The translations under genes were made by a program, and so were the position numbers. This document shows, in pieces, positions 23,618 through 36,706 of a DNA stretch of 64,000 bases. Within the stretch, counting starts at the first letter, position 1, and every line of letters starts with the position of its first letter. Origin of the DNA: Entomortierella parvispora E1425 (lineage: Eukaryota; Fungi; Mortierellomycota); the NCBI GenBank assembly GCA_020891255.1, contig BQFW01000001.1, forward strand, positions 1,488,001 to 1,552,000, read 5' to 3'. Below the pieces are notes generated by a model that worked only from the letters and a program-made list of their open reading frames with translations, did not search any database and was not told where the DNA came from.

Positions 23618-24927
23618 CTAGTTCGTAGGCCAGTCTTGTCGAGCAATTGACCCCTCTTGCTCCTGCTCCAAAACTTGCTTCTCAAACGCAACCACTTCTG
23701 GATGCGAATGCACGCTCTTATCCACCTACTCTCGTTTTGCAACCAATACCAGAAAAGAAGAGCATGATGTAAGAATTTCTGAAAATTTCTGGAACAAAAA
23801 AGATGAATGCAAAACAAAATGTAGAAAAAAAAACACAAACCTGGCCTCGTGCTTTAAACAGAATCACCTGCGCCTCGATCCTTGTCACCTTGTACGCGTA
23901 GACGAGCCAGCAAAGTGCCACGGTTGCGCTCCGTCCTCTCCCGGCTATTGTTTTTTGGGAACACATCGAAAAAGGCGATTAGATTTAACGAGAGACGGGT
24001 TCTGGCCTCGAAGAATAGCAAAATAAAAAACATGCCATCCTTTACCTTTGCAATGCAAATAGACTGTGCCCCCCTCTAGCCCACCTGACTTGGGCGAGTC
24101 AAGACGGTCCTCCGCAGGCTCCCTTTGTTCATGTTCCTGTGCATGTGCCTGCTCCTGTACTTGTTCCTTCTGTGGCTCTCGACTTTTACACTTTTCAATG
24201 TACCTCACGCCGATCCAAATGCTCTCCAGACTCGGGGTGCAAAAGTCTTGAGTCGGAATCCAACATTGATGCAGTCCCAACTCTTGCATCTTCTCGAGGT
24301 GACCCTTGAATTCCGCGCACATGTTGACGATATCCGTAACACCTTCCTCCTTGATAATCTGGGGCAGTAATTCCTCAGAAGGAACAGCACCCAGGATAAA
24401 AGGCGTGTTTGGAACACGGTCATACCAGTGCCAACGCGTCAGAGGAGAGAGGACAGATGTGGCAAGCTAGTAAAGTATCCGTTTTTTTTTTTTTTTATTT
24501 TAAAAAAAAGCAAGGGTGAGAATGCTAGACCTGGTTCAGGACATCTGACAGGTGGTTTCTCCACCTTTTCAAAAAAGATCAAGTCAGGAGGTGGAAAAAA
24601 ATTCGACTTTACCTTGTTGTAGTTGAGCGAGACTGTGTAGGCGATCCATTCCATGGAAGTACGCTCAGGAATCGGGGTATGGTAAGGGTCTTCGCCATCG
24701 CCTTCGAAAACGGGTGGATGCTCGTTCGATTGCACCTGCTCTGCGCCCTGCGCTTGTGTGGCGACGGTCGTGGTGGCGCTCAAGTCGGAAGGCGCTGAGC
24801 CTAGAGTGGAGTCTTCATCGAGAGTGGTTTCCTTGACTGGATCGACGGTGTCTTTGGGCGTATCGAGCGTGTCAAGAGTGTTGGCTGGAAGAGCTTCCTC
24901 ATCGTGAATGGGCTGCATGACTTGCAT
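23618..24927 (-). CDS. PTPMT1-like dual-specificity phosphatase (phosphatidylglycerophosphatase type), 4 exons
   Basis: Spliced product has WHWYDRV...ILGAVP, IVNMCAEF, IPTQDFCTPS and active site VYLHCK|AGRGRSAT assembled across an intron; ends VDKSVHSHPEVVAFE...DWPTN*. Confidence 0.85.
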
Positions 24928-25253
24928 AGATGAGGAAGAATGAGATAAGGTTGGGATGAGGAGCTGGATGAATGAGAACAAAAAAGGAGAGAAGGAGAGA
25001 GAAGGAAAGAGAGATGGCATGGACATTCGCATGCAGGACACGCGCCTCTTTTCTTTTCTTGGAGAGCCTGTGGTCACATGACATCATCGTCATTTTCGTC
25101 TGCGCGCTGCATTCAACCGCATCGCCTTGTTTCCTGACCATTTATTGCCCTTGGACAACAGACAGCAAAAACAACAGAGCACAAGCACAAGGACACAGAA
25201 CTTCACACTCATTCAACTCGTCAACTAGAACCACCTCAACACAACTACGCACA

Positions 25254-26672
25254 ATGTCGGGCAGCGCAGATGTTTATTCTAGGATATCTGAGAAGATGAG
25301 GAATGAGCACTTCACTGAGGAGGAGATCAAGATTGTCGACAAGGCCAAGGGTCAACTCTCCACCTATGGTAAAACGGACAGTCATTCCTCCTTCGATTGC
25401 TTACTGCTTACTCACTGCGGATACGGCGGCCTTGATGACGGCCTGACACCGGATGACTGAAAAGAAAACGTACTCACGCGGCGATCCGTATTTTGTATTT
25501 TCTCACGATTCTTTTCCATGTCGTAGCCACCACCGGATCGCTTCTGGGAGGTGCTGGAGGAGTCCTGATTGGTAATAGATCGCTTCTGTCGCTGGTAGAT
25601 CTGCTTTTTCCTTGATCTAGACAAAAAATGAAGGTTACTTACCATCCACTCTTTATTTCTCTGTCTGTTTCTAGCCAGAGCAAAGAACTTCAAGGGACTT
25701 CAGGCTGTGGCCATTGCTACAGGAGGATTCTTGATCGGTTCCCAAATGGGTGTCGTCATGGGTGCTATGGCCAGTGTTAGAACCATCCAGTCGATTCCCA
25801 ACTTCAAGCGCGTCTTGAACATTGTGCAAGAAGTCAGGTAAGGGCAGACTCCAAAGGCGAGAAGCAGCTACTCCACTAGAAAAGGAAATTTCTTGCTAAT
25901 GGATAATGAATATGCCTTGTAGGAATGAGGCCGCTGGACCAGCAGGAGCACATAGACAGGATCATTCTGCGTCTATGCCCTCTGCCGGTCATCAGCGATT
26001 CCCTGTTCAAGATCACGGCCAAGGTCAACAGTTCCCACAGATGCCTTCCTCTCCCCAATATTCATCGCAACGAGGAGGCAGCAGACAGCCGTCTGAGCTT
26101 TTGTCGGATGATCTGGTTCAGCAGCAGTATGGACTCCAGGTTGCAGCTGATGGATATCATGGTGGCCATGACCCAAGTGGATCTAGAAAGCAAGGATATA
26201 ACAACAGCAGCGGTAAATCTCGTCAATGACATGCTATCTTCTTTTATACAGGAGTTGCTCAGGACTACAATATTGATATATTTTCTCGTTTTAATTGTGT
26301 TTTTTAATAGCATGGGCGCAGGCGGAGCAAAAGGCACAGGAGATTCACAACAATTCTCAAAGCTGGACTGATATTCGTCAAAAGAATATGCCTCGATCTG
26401 CATGGAATGATGTTCGCGACGGCAGATTGCCCCAGGATGGATCCAATGGAGATGATGACGAAGATGATGATAACGATCAACGCACTGCTAATGGAAAGAA
26501 GAGAAAGCCATTACCAACTGTCACGGGCTGGGACCGTGTAAGACAACTCGGAGATGGTGAGGGCTTTGGTGGCGTTTCAGGCATCGATGGACCAAGCGCT
26601 TTCCCCAGAACAAGGGAAGATCTAGAATCAAGACCTTCTCGACAAAAGAATCAATATGGAGATGCTATCTAA
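25254..26672 (+). CDS. Membrane protein resembling OCIA-domain proteins, 5 exons
   Basis: HFTEEEIKIV at the N-terminus, two Gly-rich hydrophobic segments (GSLLGGAGGVLI; ATGGFLIGSQMGVVMG), WxDxR repeats and terminal KNQYGD; all introns GT-AG and in frame. Confidence 0.55.
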
Positions 26673-26861
26673 TTCTATAGCGCTCTTCTCCACCTGTCGC
26701 CACCTTCCTCCATCCAACAACACACACAAAAATAGAGGAGTTTTTTTTACAACTTTCAGTGGATTTTGATATTAAAAAGTGGGAAAGGTGTTTATTTTTT
26801 TATTGGACTTTTTGGATTGTTTTTTCAAGTGTTTTTAAATTCTTTCTGTTTTTTCGTTGAT

Positions 26862-29800
26862 CTACTTTGATTTGGACAGGTCCCGGAATGCAGACTCGAT
26901 ACAGGCCTTGATCTCCCGGTAGCTTACAATCAGGCAAGATAGCTCGTCCCTGGACATGAGTACAATCTTTTCTTCTACACCTGCGTCCAACTGGTTTGTT
27001 CCAAGAAAGAATAAAAAAGGTTGTAGTAGAAGGGGGAGTTTTTTTTTATCATTAGATGAGCAAAGAGTCGCCAAAAAAGAAAAGAAAAAAAAAAAAGAGC
27101 GAGAGAGATGGACGAGAAAAAGAAGGGTGTATCCTTGCTCTCACTTGCCCACACTCGTACTGACGCAAAACAGACCTTCTCCTCCACCCTACCCGCCCAT
27201 TCTCTTTTGCCCGCGCCAGAAACAAAAATGCTTACCTTGTTAAGACAAGTGAGGACATGAGCCACATCCAAGACGGGCAATCCGGCTTCATCGACCTGAT
27301 GGAAGACGTAATCTCTAAACAGCTTGATAATATAGCGATCGCCCGTCTCGGACCAAGCCGGGTCCATATCGAATTCGGGGCGTTCGTTGATGAAGCCAAA
27401 CTTCATCATCAATCGGACGAGACGACCGTTCTCCAGTTCCCGACTCAAGTCACTCTCCAGCACATCGTTGGCGTCCTGGACATCGTTGATCTCTTGCAGG
27501 ACTCGAGGTCCCAACATGGTGATGATCTGGTCCACGGTCTTCATGGGCACGGGCTGACTCATCAAGAACAGGATCATGTTCTTGAGATCCGAAGAGTAAT
27601 GGCGACTGATGTAATCGATCGATTTGGTGATGTTGTGGGTCGCGGTCAAGGACTTGCAGGCGAGCGTCATCAACAACTGACCCAGGTTCAAAATATCATC
27701 CTGCTGCAAATGCGCCAGGTTGGGGGCGGCGTCGAACGTCAACATGTCCATGATACCACAGCAGTTCATGCGGATTCTATAGAGAGAGGGAAAAAAAAGA
27801 GGGCGATGATGGAAAAGAGTTAATCATCAATATTCATTTCAATTTTTTTTTTCTTCTTCATTTCCTCAAAATTAAAATCACGTTTTCTTTACCTGTTCTT
27901 TCCAGTGACAAGAATCTTTGTAGGATCAATCAAACGAGCCGCCAATCCTGCAGAGTGAATCTTTTTCAATGCCGACGTCAACTGGATCAAATATGACCAC
28001 AAGATTCGTTCGTGGATCACGGGCTCTGTCGTCTTGGGAGCACCGACCAAGACCTGAGACGCCAACTGGGCTTGGGGGCCGAAATGGACATCGTACAAGG
28101 TCTTGGAGCAAGGATGGTAATCGTACACAAAGATCAACGAGTGATCTCCAAATGCCTTGCTGGTGAACGCCTCCCGAATCGACACAATGTTGGCATGACG
28201 GATCCGACGCCAGCTCTCAATCATCTGCATCGCCAACTCGTTCGTTAGCCGGAAGCCCTCGATCCTTCGAAGGGCATAGGTGCGTCCGTCGACACTGCAC
28301 ATGCACTTGTAAACACTGGATTGGTACCCAAAGACCTCGGTCGATTTCTCCTGGGTCTGATCCAAAGGATACAAAGAATGGTATTCGTGCAGTTCCTCTG
28401 GCAATCCATATTCCTGCGCATTGACGGTCTGCAAGATCACCTCGTTCTTGCGGTGAAGTTCCTCCCGAAGACTGTCGGCAATAAAGAATCCATGGATGGT
28501 CCTTTGGTGAGGAAGCAAGTTGGAGACGTGAGGCAGAGGGGTGTTGTACAAGTGATACTGGAGCTATAGCGTGGTAATGAATGAAAGAAAGAGAGAGAAA
28601 AAAAAAATATGAGTGGCCGATCAGATCTCAAAAAAAAACCCCCTTTCGTGACGGGATCAACGTGAAGTTCCGTTGTCCGTCCTTACCGGCTGATGCATCA
28701 TAGCTCCAGATCCCTGATAATAATATCCACTGGCCGATCCATCAAAGTAAGGTGTGCTCATAGATCCCTGGAGAGACATCTATAGACGAGAGAAAGTTCG
28801 TTTGGTGCCCTGTCAGCTGCCGCAACTATACCCGATCTGAGAATATAGTCCAGAACAAAGAGCAGGTTCATCGCCAGCAAACAAATCAAGGTGCTTACGT
28901 CGCTAAACTGGGCATAGGGTGCAGTGGGAAGGCCACTCATACTGCCGGCCAAGGAGTTTTGCATGGGAGGAGCAAAGGACTGGACCCTAAAAACAAAAAA
29001 CACCGAGGATCCCGTTTAGCATATTTGAGAGCAACTAAAAAAAACACGATTCGCACTGACAAGCAGATCGGTCAAGATCTCTGTTCCTTGTGTTCCAAAA
29101 CAACAACAAAAATATTACCCTTGCTGATCCACGATCCCTTGGCTGCTCTTGGGAACGAATTCTGGAGCATTAATCGATTCTGCCTTGACAGATCCAGAAC
29201 TGATGTTGGCGGGTTTAAAGATGGGCGAGTTGACATGGAGCTTGGCCTTGGAACTGACAGATAAAAGAATCCGGATAGAACATAAAAGAGAAAAAGAAAA
29301 AGAGAGAGAGAAAGAGTAAGCAATCCATATCGAGATCTAACCTGATCCACTTCAATTGAAAAAAAAAAAAATCGATCAGTCCAAAACTTTTTTAGAGTCC
29401 ACCCTTACATCTCTGGGCTTGCCACAGCGGCGGGTTTGTTCTAAAGGAAAAGGGGGTGGTGAGAGAAGGGAGAGGGGTTTGTCAAGGATACGTTCAATGG
29501 ATGTTGAGATGGACCAGCTAACACGACAACAATAAAAATAAACAACAGACAACACTGGATCCAGTCGTAATCCTCTGTGTAAACTTACGACATCATGGTT
29601 GAACTCACAGCCCTTGCCTTCGTACTTGCAAAAGCCATGGATGACAATATTACGACAAGTGCGGTTCTTGTTACTGTTGGTCAATGATACGGCTGTAGCG
29701 GCGAGAAGGAAAAACGGACGAACAAGGACCGGGGTGGCACAAGAACAAGATGAAGGAGCATGAAGAAGAGAAGGACGAGGGAGCGGTCAGCATGCTGAAA

Positions 29801-30113
29801 TGAAAGAGACTAAAAGGGTAGCACTGCACGCATGGGCCGCTGCTGCAACCGCAGCGCCGGTGCAGGGTGCAGCACGATGGGCGGTGTGCTTGGACATGCA
29901 AAAGAGCAGTTCTCTCCGTCTGTTTCTTTTTTTAAGAATGGAATGGTCTTTACGTTTCGCAGGCTGCGATGCCTTGGAGGCAGCAGGGGATGCGGCAGCG
30001 GCAGCAGTGGCCTTGGCTGTCCAGGCATTAGTGGATGTGGCGGCAGCAGGGGTCGAGGGAGAGCCCTCGGCCGCTGTTCCTGGCGGCGCCATGATGGGGA
30101 TAGCAGAGGCCAT
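26862..30113 (-). CDS. PAN3: PAN2-PAN3 deadenylation complex subunit PAN3 (CCCH finger, pseudokinase, C-terminal knob)
   Basis: [21 protein letters not shown] zinc finger; APEFVP PAM2-like motif; [37 protein letters not shown]; multi-exon with GT-AG junctions. Confidence 0.95.
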
Positions 30114-30463
30114 GGGGATGGGGGGACAGATGTGAATGATGCAAAAAAGTCTTTGCACATCGACTCGCGCATGGCACACAGAGCGCGTGGGTGGAATTTT
30201 TTTTTTTTCTTTTTTTTTTTTTTGTGTGTGTCTTTTGGGGTCTTTGTCGCAGTGCGATTTTCGTTTGTCGGTCTGAGTGCGAGGTGTGCTTTACAGGTGG
30301 CTTAGATATCATGTGATCACTTATTCTCAACCTGTGCAAAGTCATTTTTTACAATTGAAAAGGTGCGAGGTATATTGAACGGCCGACTCGGTGCAATACG
30401 TTGGCAATAAAAGTGCAATAGAAATATATATAGAAGGGAGGGGTCACTGGGGCAAGAGTACAG

Positions 30464-32209
30464 CTATTGCCCTAATGGGGCATAGCTGGTCTTCTTTCCG
30501 TAATCTACGCTCATACTGCCATGAGTCTTTTTCAACGTCAGAGACCGGCCGAGTTTACTCTTGGACATCCAGCCTGAAATGCCTCCGCTACCCGTCTTCT
30601 TGGCCGATTCCGCCGTGAGTGGGAACAGCGTTTGGATCGGGAATTGGATAAATAGCAACGTCAGGAACCGTTCCGTCTCCTCGGCAAGCTCGGGTTCCAG
30701 ACACGATGCAACTGTTGTTGGTGATTTAGGCACTCCGCCTGACCCCAGCCCTCCTGCATGAACTCCCGTCTGTGTGTGGATAGCAGGGCGGCCACCGTCC
30801 GCAGGATTGACGGTGCGCGTACCTAGTTGATAGGCCAGTGACGCTGGGACCGCTGGTGGTGGTGCCATCGGTGGGAGTGGACCCCATCCCTCAGGAGGAG
30901 GACGAACAACAGTGGGTTTTCGCCGAAGCTGACTTGAACCCTTGTCTGTTCCCGAGAGTGGAGAGGGCTCGGGCAAGATGGATCGAAGGTTGGGTCCAGA
31001 TTTAATTGCAGGTAAAGGCACAAACCCCGTTGCTGGCGGGAGTCCGGAAGCAATTGGGCCAGGCCCCTTTGTGTTCAACGCCGCAGGTGGGGGTGGAGGA
31101 GTCCGCCCGTTCAAATTTGCCTGACGGACGCGGTCCTGATGAATCTTTTCCTGTTGTTGCTGCACACGCTGGGGGTAGTTGGGAGGGTTAAGGTCAACCT
31201 TGTACATCATCTCCCACGAGGGGGGTCCATGGGTCAACCCCTCCATCACCACAGGCACCAGGGGATCCAGCAAGGGTTGAGAAGGAAAGAAGGGGGTGTC
31301 GACCATGCACGAGGTTGTAGGCGAGACTCTGTAATATCCCTTGTCCTTGATGTCCAATTGGAAGGGACGACCCAACAAGGTGGTAGCGCGGTCGAGGTCG
31401 CGTTCATTCATGGGCTCCGATCCGTTCTCGGGTGTGTCAAAGCCAGCAAGGCGGAAGATGGGGTGATGGGCACCATAGGGGGTGACCAAAGTCAGGGCCT
31501 GAACGACAGGGCGGGCCAGGGCCGAGTTTTCAAAGTACCGACGAGACTTTAGCTGAGAGGCCCTGAAAACAGCCTGCAGTGAGGCGGGGTCGAGGTGTTG
31601 AAAGATAAATTCGAGAGAGAAGACAGCCTTGCGTTCCTGGCAGAGAGTCGCTTTGAGCACGGTGCGCTGGAGGACAAGGGTGAGGGTCTTTGCTGTGATT
31701 GCGCGGCAACGTTTGGAGAGGTGTGCAAACGACATGAGCTGAGCCAGGTCAAAGTTACGTGCAATGCGGATAAGGATGTGGTCATCCAGACGAAGGAGGC
31801 GCGAGGCAGCCTTTCCAGAGTGCTGAAGGATGGGCACCTGCGGTACAGGAGGCACAGTTCCCTGATGCACAACCTGGCCAGGAAGGTGCCTTGACTGGCG
31901 GCGGAAGAGAGAGAGTGAACGGCCAACACGGTTGCCACCTCCGGTGCTGGTCGTCTGGTATTGCTGCTGATGGTGCTGGCGTTCCTGTTGATGCTGATGG
32001 GCAGCGTGTCCCTCGGCGGAATAATGTGTGGCAGTGAGTGGAATCGAGTTGAGCTCATGGTCGTCATCGACCGGGTTGAGTCCGTTGGGTTCATATGACT
32101 TTACACGACGGTGTGAGATGTCGGCGGATGAGGCACTGTAGGACCGACGAGCGCCATGATGCGGGCTCGAGAATGAGTCCTGCGAATAGTTGAGGGACGT
32201 GGCCATCAT
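30464..32209 (-). CDS. F-box protein with Pro-rich C-terminal half, single exon
   Basis: 581-aa ORF; LLRLDDHILIRIARNFDLAQLMSFAHLSKRCRAI is F-box-like. Confidence 0.65.
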   Translation of the reverse strand: MMATSLNYSQDSFSSPHHGARRSYSASSADISHRRVKSYEPNGLNPVDDDHELNSIPLTATHYSAEGHAAHQHQQERQHHQQQYQTTSTGGGNRVGRSLSLFRRQSRHLPGQVVHQGTVPPVPQVPILQHSGKAASRLLRLDDHILIRIARNFDLAQLMSFAHLSKRCRAITAKTLTLVLQRTVLKATLCQERKAVFSLEFIFQHLDPASLQAVFRASQLKSRRYFENSALARPVVQALTLVTPYGAHHPIFRLAGFDTPENGSEPMNERDLDRATTLLGRPFQLDIKDKGYYRVSPTTSCMVDTPFFPSQPLLDPLVPVVMEGLTHGPPSWEMMYKVDLNPPNYPQRVQQQQEKIHQDRVRQANLNGRTPPPPPAALNTKGPGPIASGLPPATGFVPLPAIKSGPNLRSILPEPSPLSGTDKGSSQLRRKPTVVRPPPEGWGPLPPMAPPPAVPASLAYQLGTRTVNPADGGRPAIHTQTGVHAGGLGSGGVPKSPTTVASCLEPELAEETERFLTLLFIQFPIQTLFPLTAESAKKTGSGGISGWMSKSKLGRSLTLKKTHGSMSVDYGKKTSYAPLGQ

Positions 32210-33499
32210 GTGGGGCAGGTGTCGGAGGGAGTTGAAAGAGAGAGAGAAGTGGAGTCAATGGAGACAGCCTTTCTTTAAATAGGGTGTGGATGGTGGCAAA
32301 CAAAGAAGGCTGGATAGAAAACACTAAACGGGTGGCAAAAGGGAGGGGGACAGAGCAAAGAAACAGAGGAAGGGAACAAAAAGGCAACGGACGAGACAGG
32401 TGGAGTGAACGAACAAAAAGGAAAAAAGGAAGGGAGGGGAAGGGAGGGAAAAAAGAAAAAGGACAGAAAGTCAGAAGGAGGGCAAAAGGCGGAAAGAGCA
32501 GAACAAAAAAAGAGACGAGAGGAAAGAGAGCCTGAAGCCAAGAATAATAAAAACAAGAATAGAGGCGAGAAAATAAAACGTGTGTTTTTGTGCGCGGTTG
32601 CTGCTGCTGGTCGTTGCTATGTGCCAGAGGGAGACGAGAGCGGATGAAGAGAGAATCAAAAACGCGGAGGAGGAAGAGGAGGAGAAAGTGGAAAGGAAAG
32701 GAAGAGAGCAGAAGGAAGGGAGGAGGAGGACGAAGAAGAAGGGGGGCAAGAAAGCGCGATGAGAGAAGAGGACGGACGTGGATGCAAGGACAGGACAGAG
32801 GAGCAAGAATGAGAGAGAACAAAAAAAGAAGGGGGGAAGGAGGCAACGAGCCAAAAGGGAGAGGATCCCCGATCCACCCACCCACCGTCCCCATCGGAGA
32901 CGACTCGCCAGATCCATCCATGCCTCCATCCATGCCTCCATCCACAGCCAGCAGATGGCCAATGCCCAGTCGATCCACACGATGCGCCCACGCGCCACGC
33001 GCCCCGCAGGGGGAGAGCAGACAGCCCACAGCATCCGCAGGCTTGACCCCAGGATTTGTTTTTGAGGGTCATTCTAGACCCTTAATGACATTTTAACTGT
33101 GCCTGATGCTGATGATCGCGACAACAACGGCCTTCTTTCTCGACGTTCAAGACAGTCGCGATTGAGCTCGTTCTCTGGTGTACCATCGACGGAGCTTACC
33201 CGGAGAACTGCCTATCTCAAGCACTTGACAACGAACTGGACGTTCTCTCGACCCATAAACTGCTGTCCAACTGTTGTCCAGAACCCATAGGAACAAGGAA
33301 AAAAAGCAAGCACGATTTCAACGTTGACTCTTCTTTTGTTCGTACGGCACAATCTACACCCGCTCATTCTTTTCCCTCTAACAAAAGTATGTGAAGATCA
33401 TTCTGAACTTCAGCCGAGCGTTCATAAATAACTGCAATGATGTTTTTTTTTATGTCAGAAGACTGGGCCAGTCGAGCAGGGAAAAGATAGCAGGGACAA

Positions 33500-34214
33500 G
33501 TCGGCTACCTTACGCGCTCTGTCCTTTGTCTGAATGACGAACTTTGGCCCTCTTTGGGAGTCGTTGTTGAGAGTTTTCATTGTCTGCCACTCTCTTCATT
33601 GCCCTCATGGCCTTATCATCCACGTATTCAGAGATACTGCCACTCAAGATGGTCGTCATAGCTACGCCAAAACCATCTGTCTCTTTTTCCATTTATCTAG
33701 AAATCGCTCCTTTCCGGGGATTTTCAGGAAAGCGACTATGATTCGAAAGTAAAACCGTTGAGGGCAAGGCTGTTGTCACCAACATTGATTCCAAGTCAGG
33801 ATTTGACTGAAGATTGACAGGAGAATGAAGCAGACTTCTGATGCAAGTTACAGTGTAACTTACATGACTATGGTCGTTGGACGCCGACATGGATCATGTT
33901 TTCATTGGGAGCCTCCTCGCCAAAGACACTCTGAAGTTCATGGGCTGCCTTGAGTTTCTTCTTGTCGGTCTCGAGTATTTTGTCGATGCGGATCGCACCT
34001 CGTTGTCGTAGTCGTCGTCATTACCACGGTAAGGAAGCGAGACAAACCAAAGGGTGAGGTCCTCAACCCTTACACCCGTACACCAGACTGGCTTTCTCGG
34101 ATGGATGAGGGTTCGAAGATCTTTGACTGTTTTCGGCGCAACAATTCCTTGGATAGAGGAGAGGAGCAGCGTGACTGTGACGATGGAGGAGGATGGGTTC
34201 AGAATGTCATTCAT
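33500..34214 (-). pseudogene. Crinkler (CRN)-like gene relic
   Basis: KTVKDLRTLI...VEDLTLWFVSLP...DDDYDNEV, then a 1-nt frameshift to IDKILETDKKKLKAAHELQSVFGEEAPNENMIHVGVQRP*, i.e. the CRN N-terminal ubiquitin-like domain ending in the HVxVQxP motif, with a stop immediately after. Confidence 0.8.
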
Positions 34215-34261
34215 CACTCTCGTCCTCTCCTCCTCGTCCATCTCATTCATCGCTCTCATTC

Positions 34262-34317
34262 GTTGCTTCGTTGCTTCATTGCTTCATTGCTTCATTGCTT
34301 CATTTCTTCATTTCTTC
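34262..34317. repeat. 8-bp microsatellite ([AG]TT[GT]CTTC)x7
   Basis: Seven degenerate units read directly, between the CRN relic and the TMLD start. Confidence 0.9.
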
Positions 34318-34355
34318 CTTCCCTCACTCCTTGTGTGCCTCTTCTTCATATCCAC

Positions 34356-36706
34356 ATGCTTCGTATCCTTGCCCCTGCTAGGGCTGCTCTGAGGTATCGA
34401 CCATACTCTTCCCTTCCTCCACGTTCGGGGGTTCGCTCGCGTGCCTCTTACCATTGCAAGCACCCGACTCACTATCGCTCGTCTTCTTTTTCACTGACAC
34501 ACTGGCCTGATAGACTCTCCTCTGCCCGATCTGCACCCCTGGCTATGCCTTCACGGGCAGTCCCTGCTGCCTCGACCTCTGCGCTTCTCTCCCGACCTGC
34601 CCTCCTTGCCCCACGTCTCTTCTCCACAGTAAGCAGGCAGACCGATACACGAAAATTGTTTCCAATCCAACCGTTGGCTGTGCGACTCTTGCATCATTGC
34701 TTCTTGCATCGACGCCTAAAATGGGAACTACACGTGTCAATCTTCTCTACCCCCGATAGACGGCCGTCCGCTGCAGCAACAGTACACCACCACCGCAGGT
34801 TGACCTCAAGGGCAAAGACAGTGCAGTGGCCATTGGAAACAAGGTCCACCTCCGATGGGTCGATGGAACCACGAGTCGCTTGTATGTTGTTTTAGTGTGT
34901 TTGTGCATGTCAGAAAAGGAAACCCGATTTCTTCCTTCCCATGTTCATTGTTTGTTAACCTTGATCCTGGTATGCTATATTGCTCAACAGCCACAACTTT
35001 TGGCTCAGGGACCATTGCCATTGCCCGGAATGCTACCACTCTGTCACGAAGCAGCGACTGTGTAATACCTTCACTGTAAGTTATTCTCCCGATCAATCGA
35101 TCATCCCCACACGAAAAGACGCGTCAAGATATTCTGGAAGCTAAAAAGTTAACTCCTTTACTTCCCACGGTTCTCTTATTTTCTAGCTCCCTCGAGACAT
35201 TGCTCCAAAGTCAGTTACTCTGACGCCAACAGGAGTTGATATCGTCTGTATGTGATGTCACGGTTTTTTGCTGCCGCCAATCTATATAATCGGAGAGAGT
35301 GAATCTACCCTCTGACAAACATCCTTCTATTAATCGGGTTATCAATCCTTTAGGGGATCACAACGATCACAAGAGCCATTATAGCTACAGCTGGCTGCAG
35401 AAACACTCTTATGACCCAAAGATGATGGACCCTTGCAAGCCAGAAGGAGCAGAGTATGTCCGCCGCATGCAGGAGCGGATGTGATTACCCGGAAATTCGT
35501 TTACTTATCAGGCATCCCGAACATGGGGTTAATTCATTGTGTACCCAAATAGCAAGATCACATGGGACAAGTCGATCTCGAGCCAACTGCCTGAAGTCGC
35601 TTACAAGGATGTCATGGAGTCAGACAAGGGGCTTGCAAAGTGGCTGAACAACATTGTACGCGGGCATGGAAATGATTGGTCTCGGACTCTTTGTGTGATT
35701 GCCGTTCATTTTTGCGCAGTGTTGACCAACAATCTTCCCCATTTGGACTTTTTTCTAGCATGTCCACGGATTCTCGTATGTCAGCGGTGTACCAGTCACG
35801 ACTGAGGCAACAGAGGCATTGGCAAACAGGATCGCCTTCATTCGTGAAACCCACTATGGTGAGTGGAGAAGAGATGTGCTTTTCTGAGAGCGAGCATGCC
35901 CCATTTGATTCACAAAAAGTGTCGTGATACGTTACCTTTGGAGTGTCATACCAAGTAATTTCTTCCTTGTATTTCTCGTAGGCGGCTTCTGGGATTTCAC
36001 CTCTGATCTTGGACATGGTGACACTGCATACACGGACATTGCGTTGGGCTCTCACACGGATACGACTTACTTTACTGACCCCGCTGGGTATGTGGTCTTT
36101 TCCTCGTGGCACTTACCATCATGTCAGGACAGAAGAATGTAGAACTCACGCCAACTTTGTGTATCGGGGATGACTAGATTACAGATGTTCCATCTTTTGC
36201 ACCATGATGGCGAAGGTGGACACAACTTGCTCGTAGATGGCTTCCACTGCGCCAAAATCCTCAAGGAACAGTACCCACAATCCTACAGGACCCTTTCAGA
36301 GATTAGAGTCCCCGCCCACAGTGCAGGTGATGCTTCGACTCATATCGTTCCCTCCCCTCGCCGGAACCCAATCCTCAACCATGACCCTGTGACCCGCGAG
36401 CTGATGCAAATTCGATTCAACAACGATGATCGGTCAACCTTGGATCATTTGGACCCGGATCAGGTCGAGTCCTTTTACTCGGCCCTGTTTGATTGGAACA
36501 AGGTCTTGACGGATGAGAAGAATATGTTGTGGACGAAATTCCAACCGGGCCGCGTCTTAATCTTTGACAACTGGAGGTGCCTTCATGGACGTTCTTCGTT
36601 CACAGGAAAGAGACGCATGTGTGGAGCTTACACCAACTGGGATGATTACCGTTCACGCTGGAGAACATTGAATACTTCCGCGGAACAATTGGCAGAGGGA
36701 CTTTAA
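34356..36706 (+). CDS. TMLHE: Trimethyllysine dioxygenase, mitochondrial (carnitine biosynthesis), multi-exon
   Basis: Presequence-like N-terminus; WLRDHCHCPECYH Zn motif; IRETHYGGFWDFT, HTDTTYFTDP (HxD), DGF, RFNNDDR, DNWRCLHGR. Confidence 0.9.

Noticed and set aside
29343-29350. Possible 8-nt microexon (ag-TGGATCAG-gt) in PAN3
   Set aside because: The flanking exons already join in frame (GAG AT|T TCC); including it would shift the frame.
32091-33096. Several long overlapping ORFs on both strands
   Set aside because: Purine/pyrimidine-skewed low-complexity upstream region of the F-box gene; translations are compositional (R/K/E or L/F/S) without domains.
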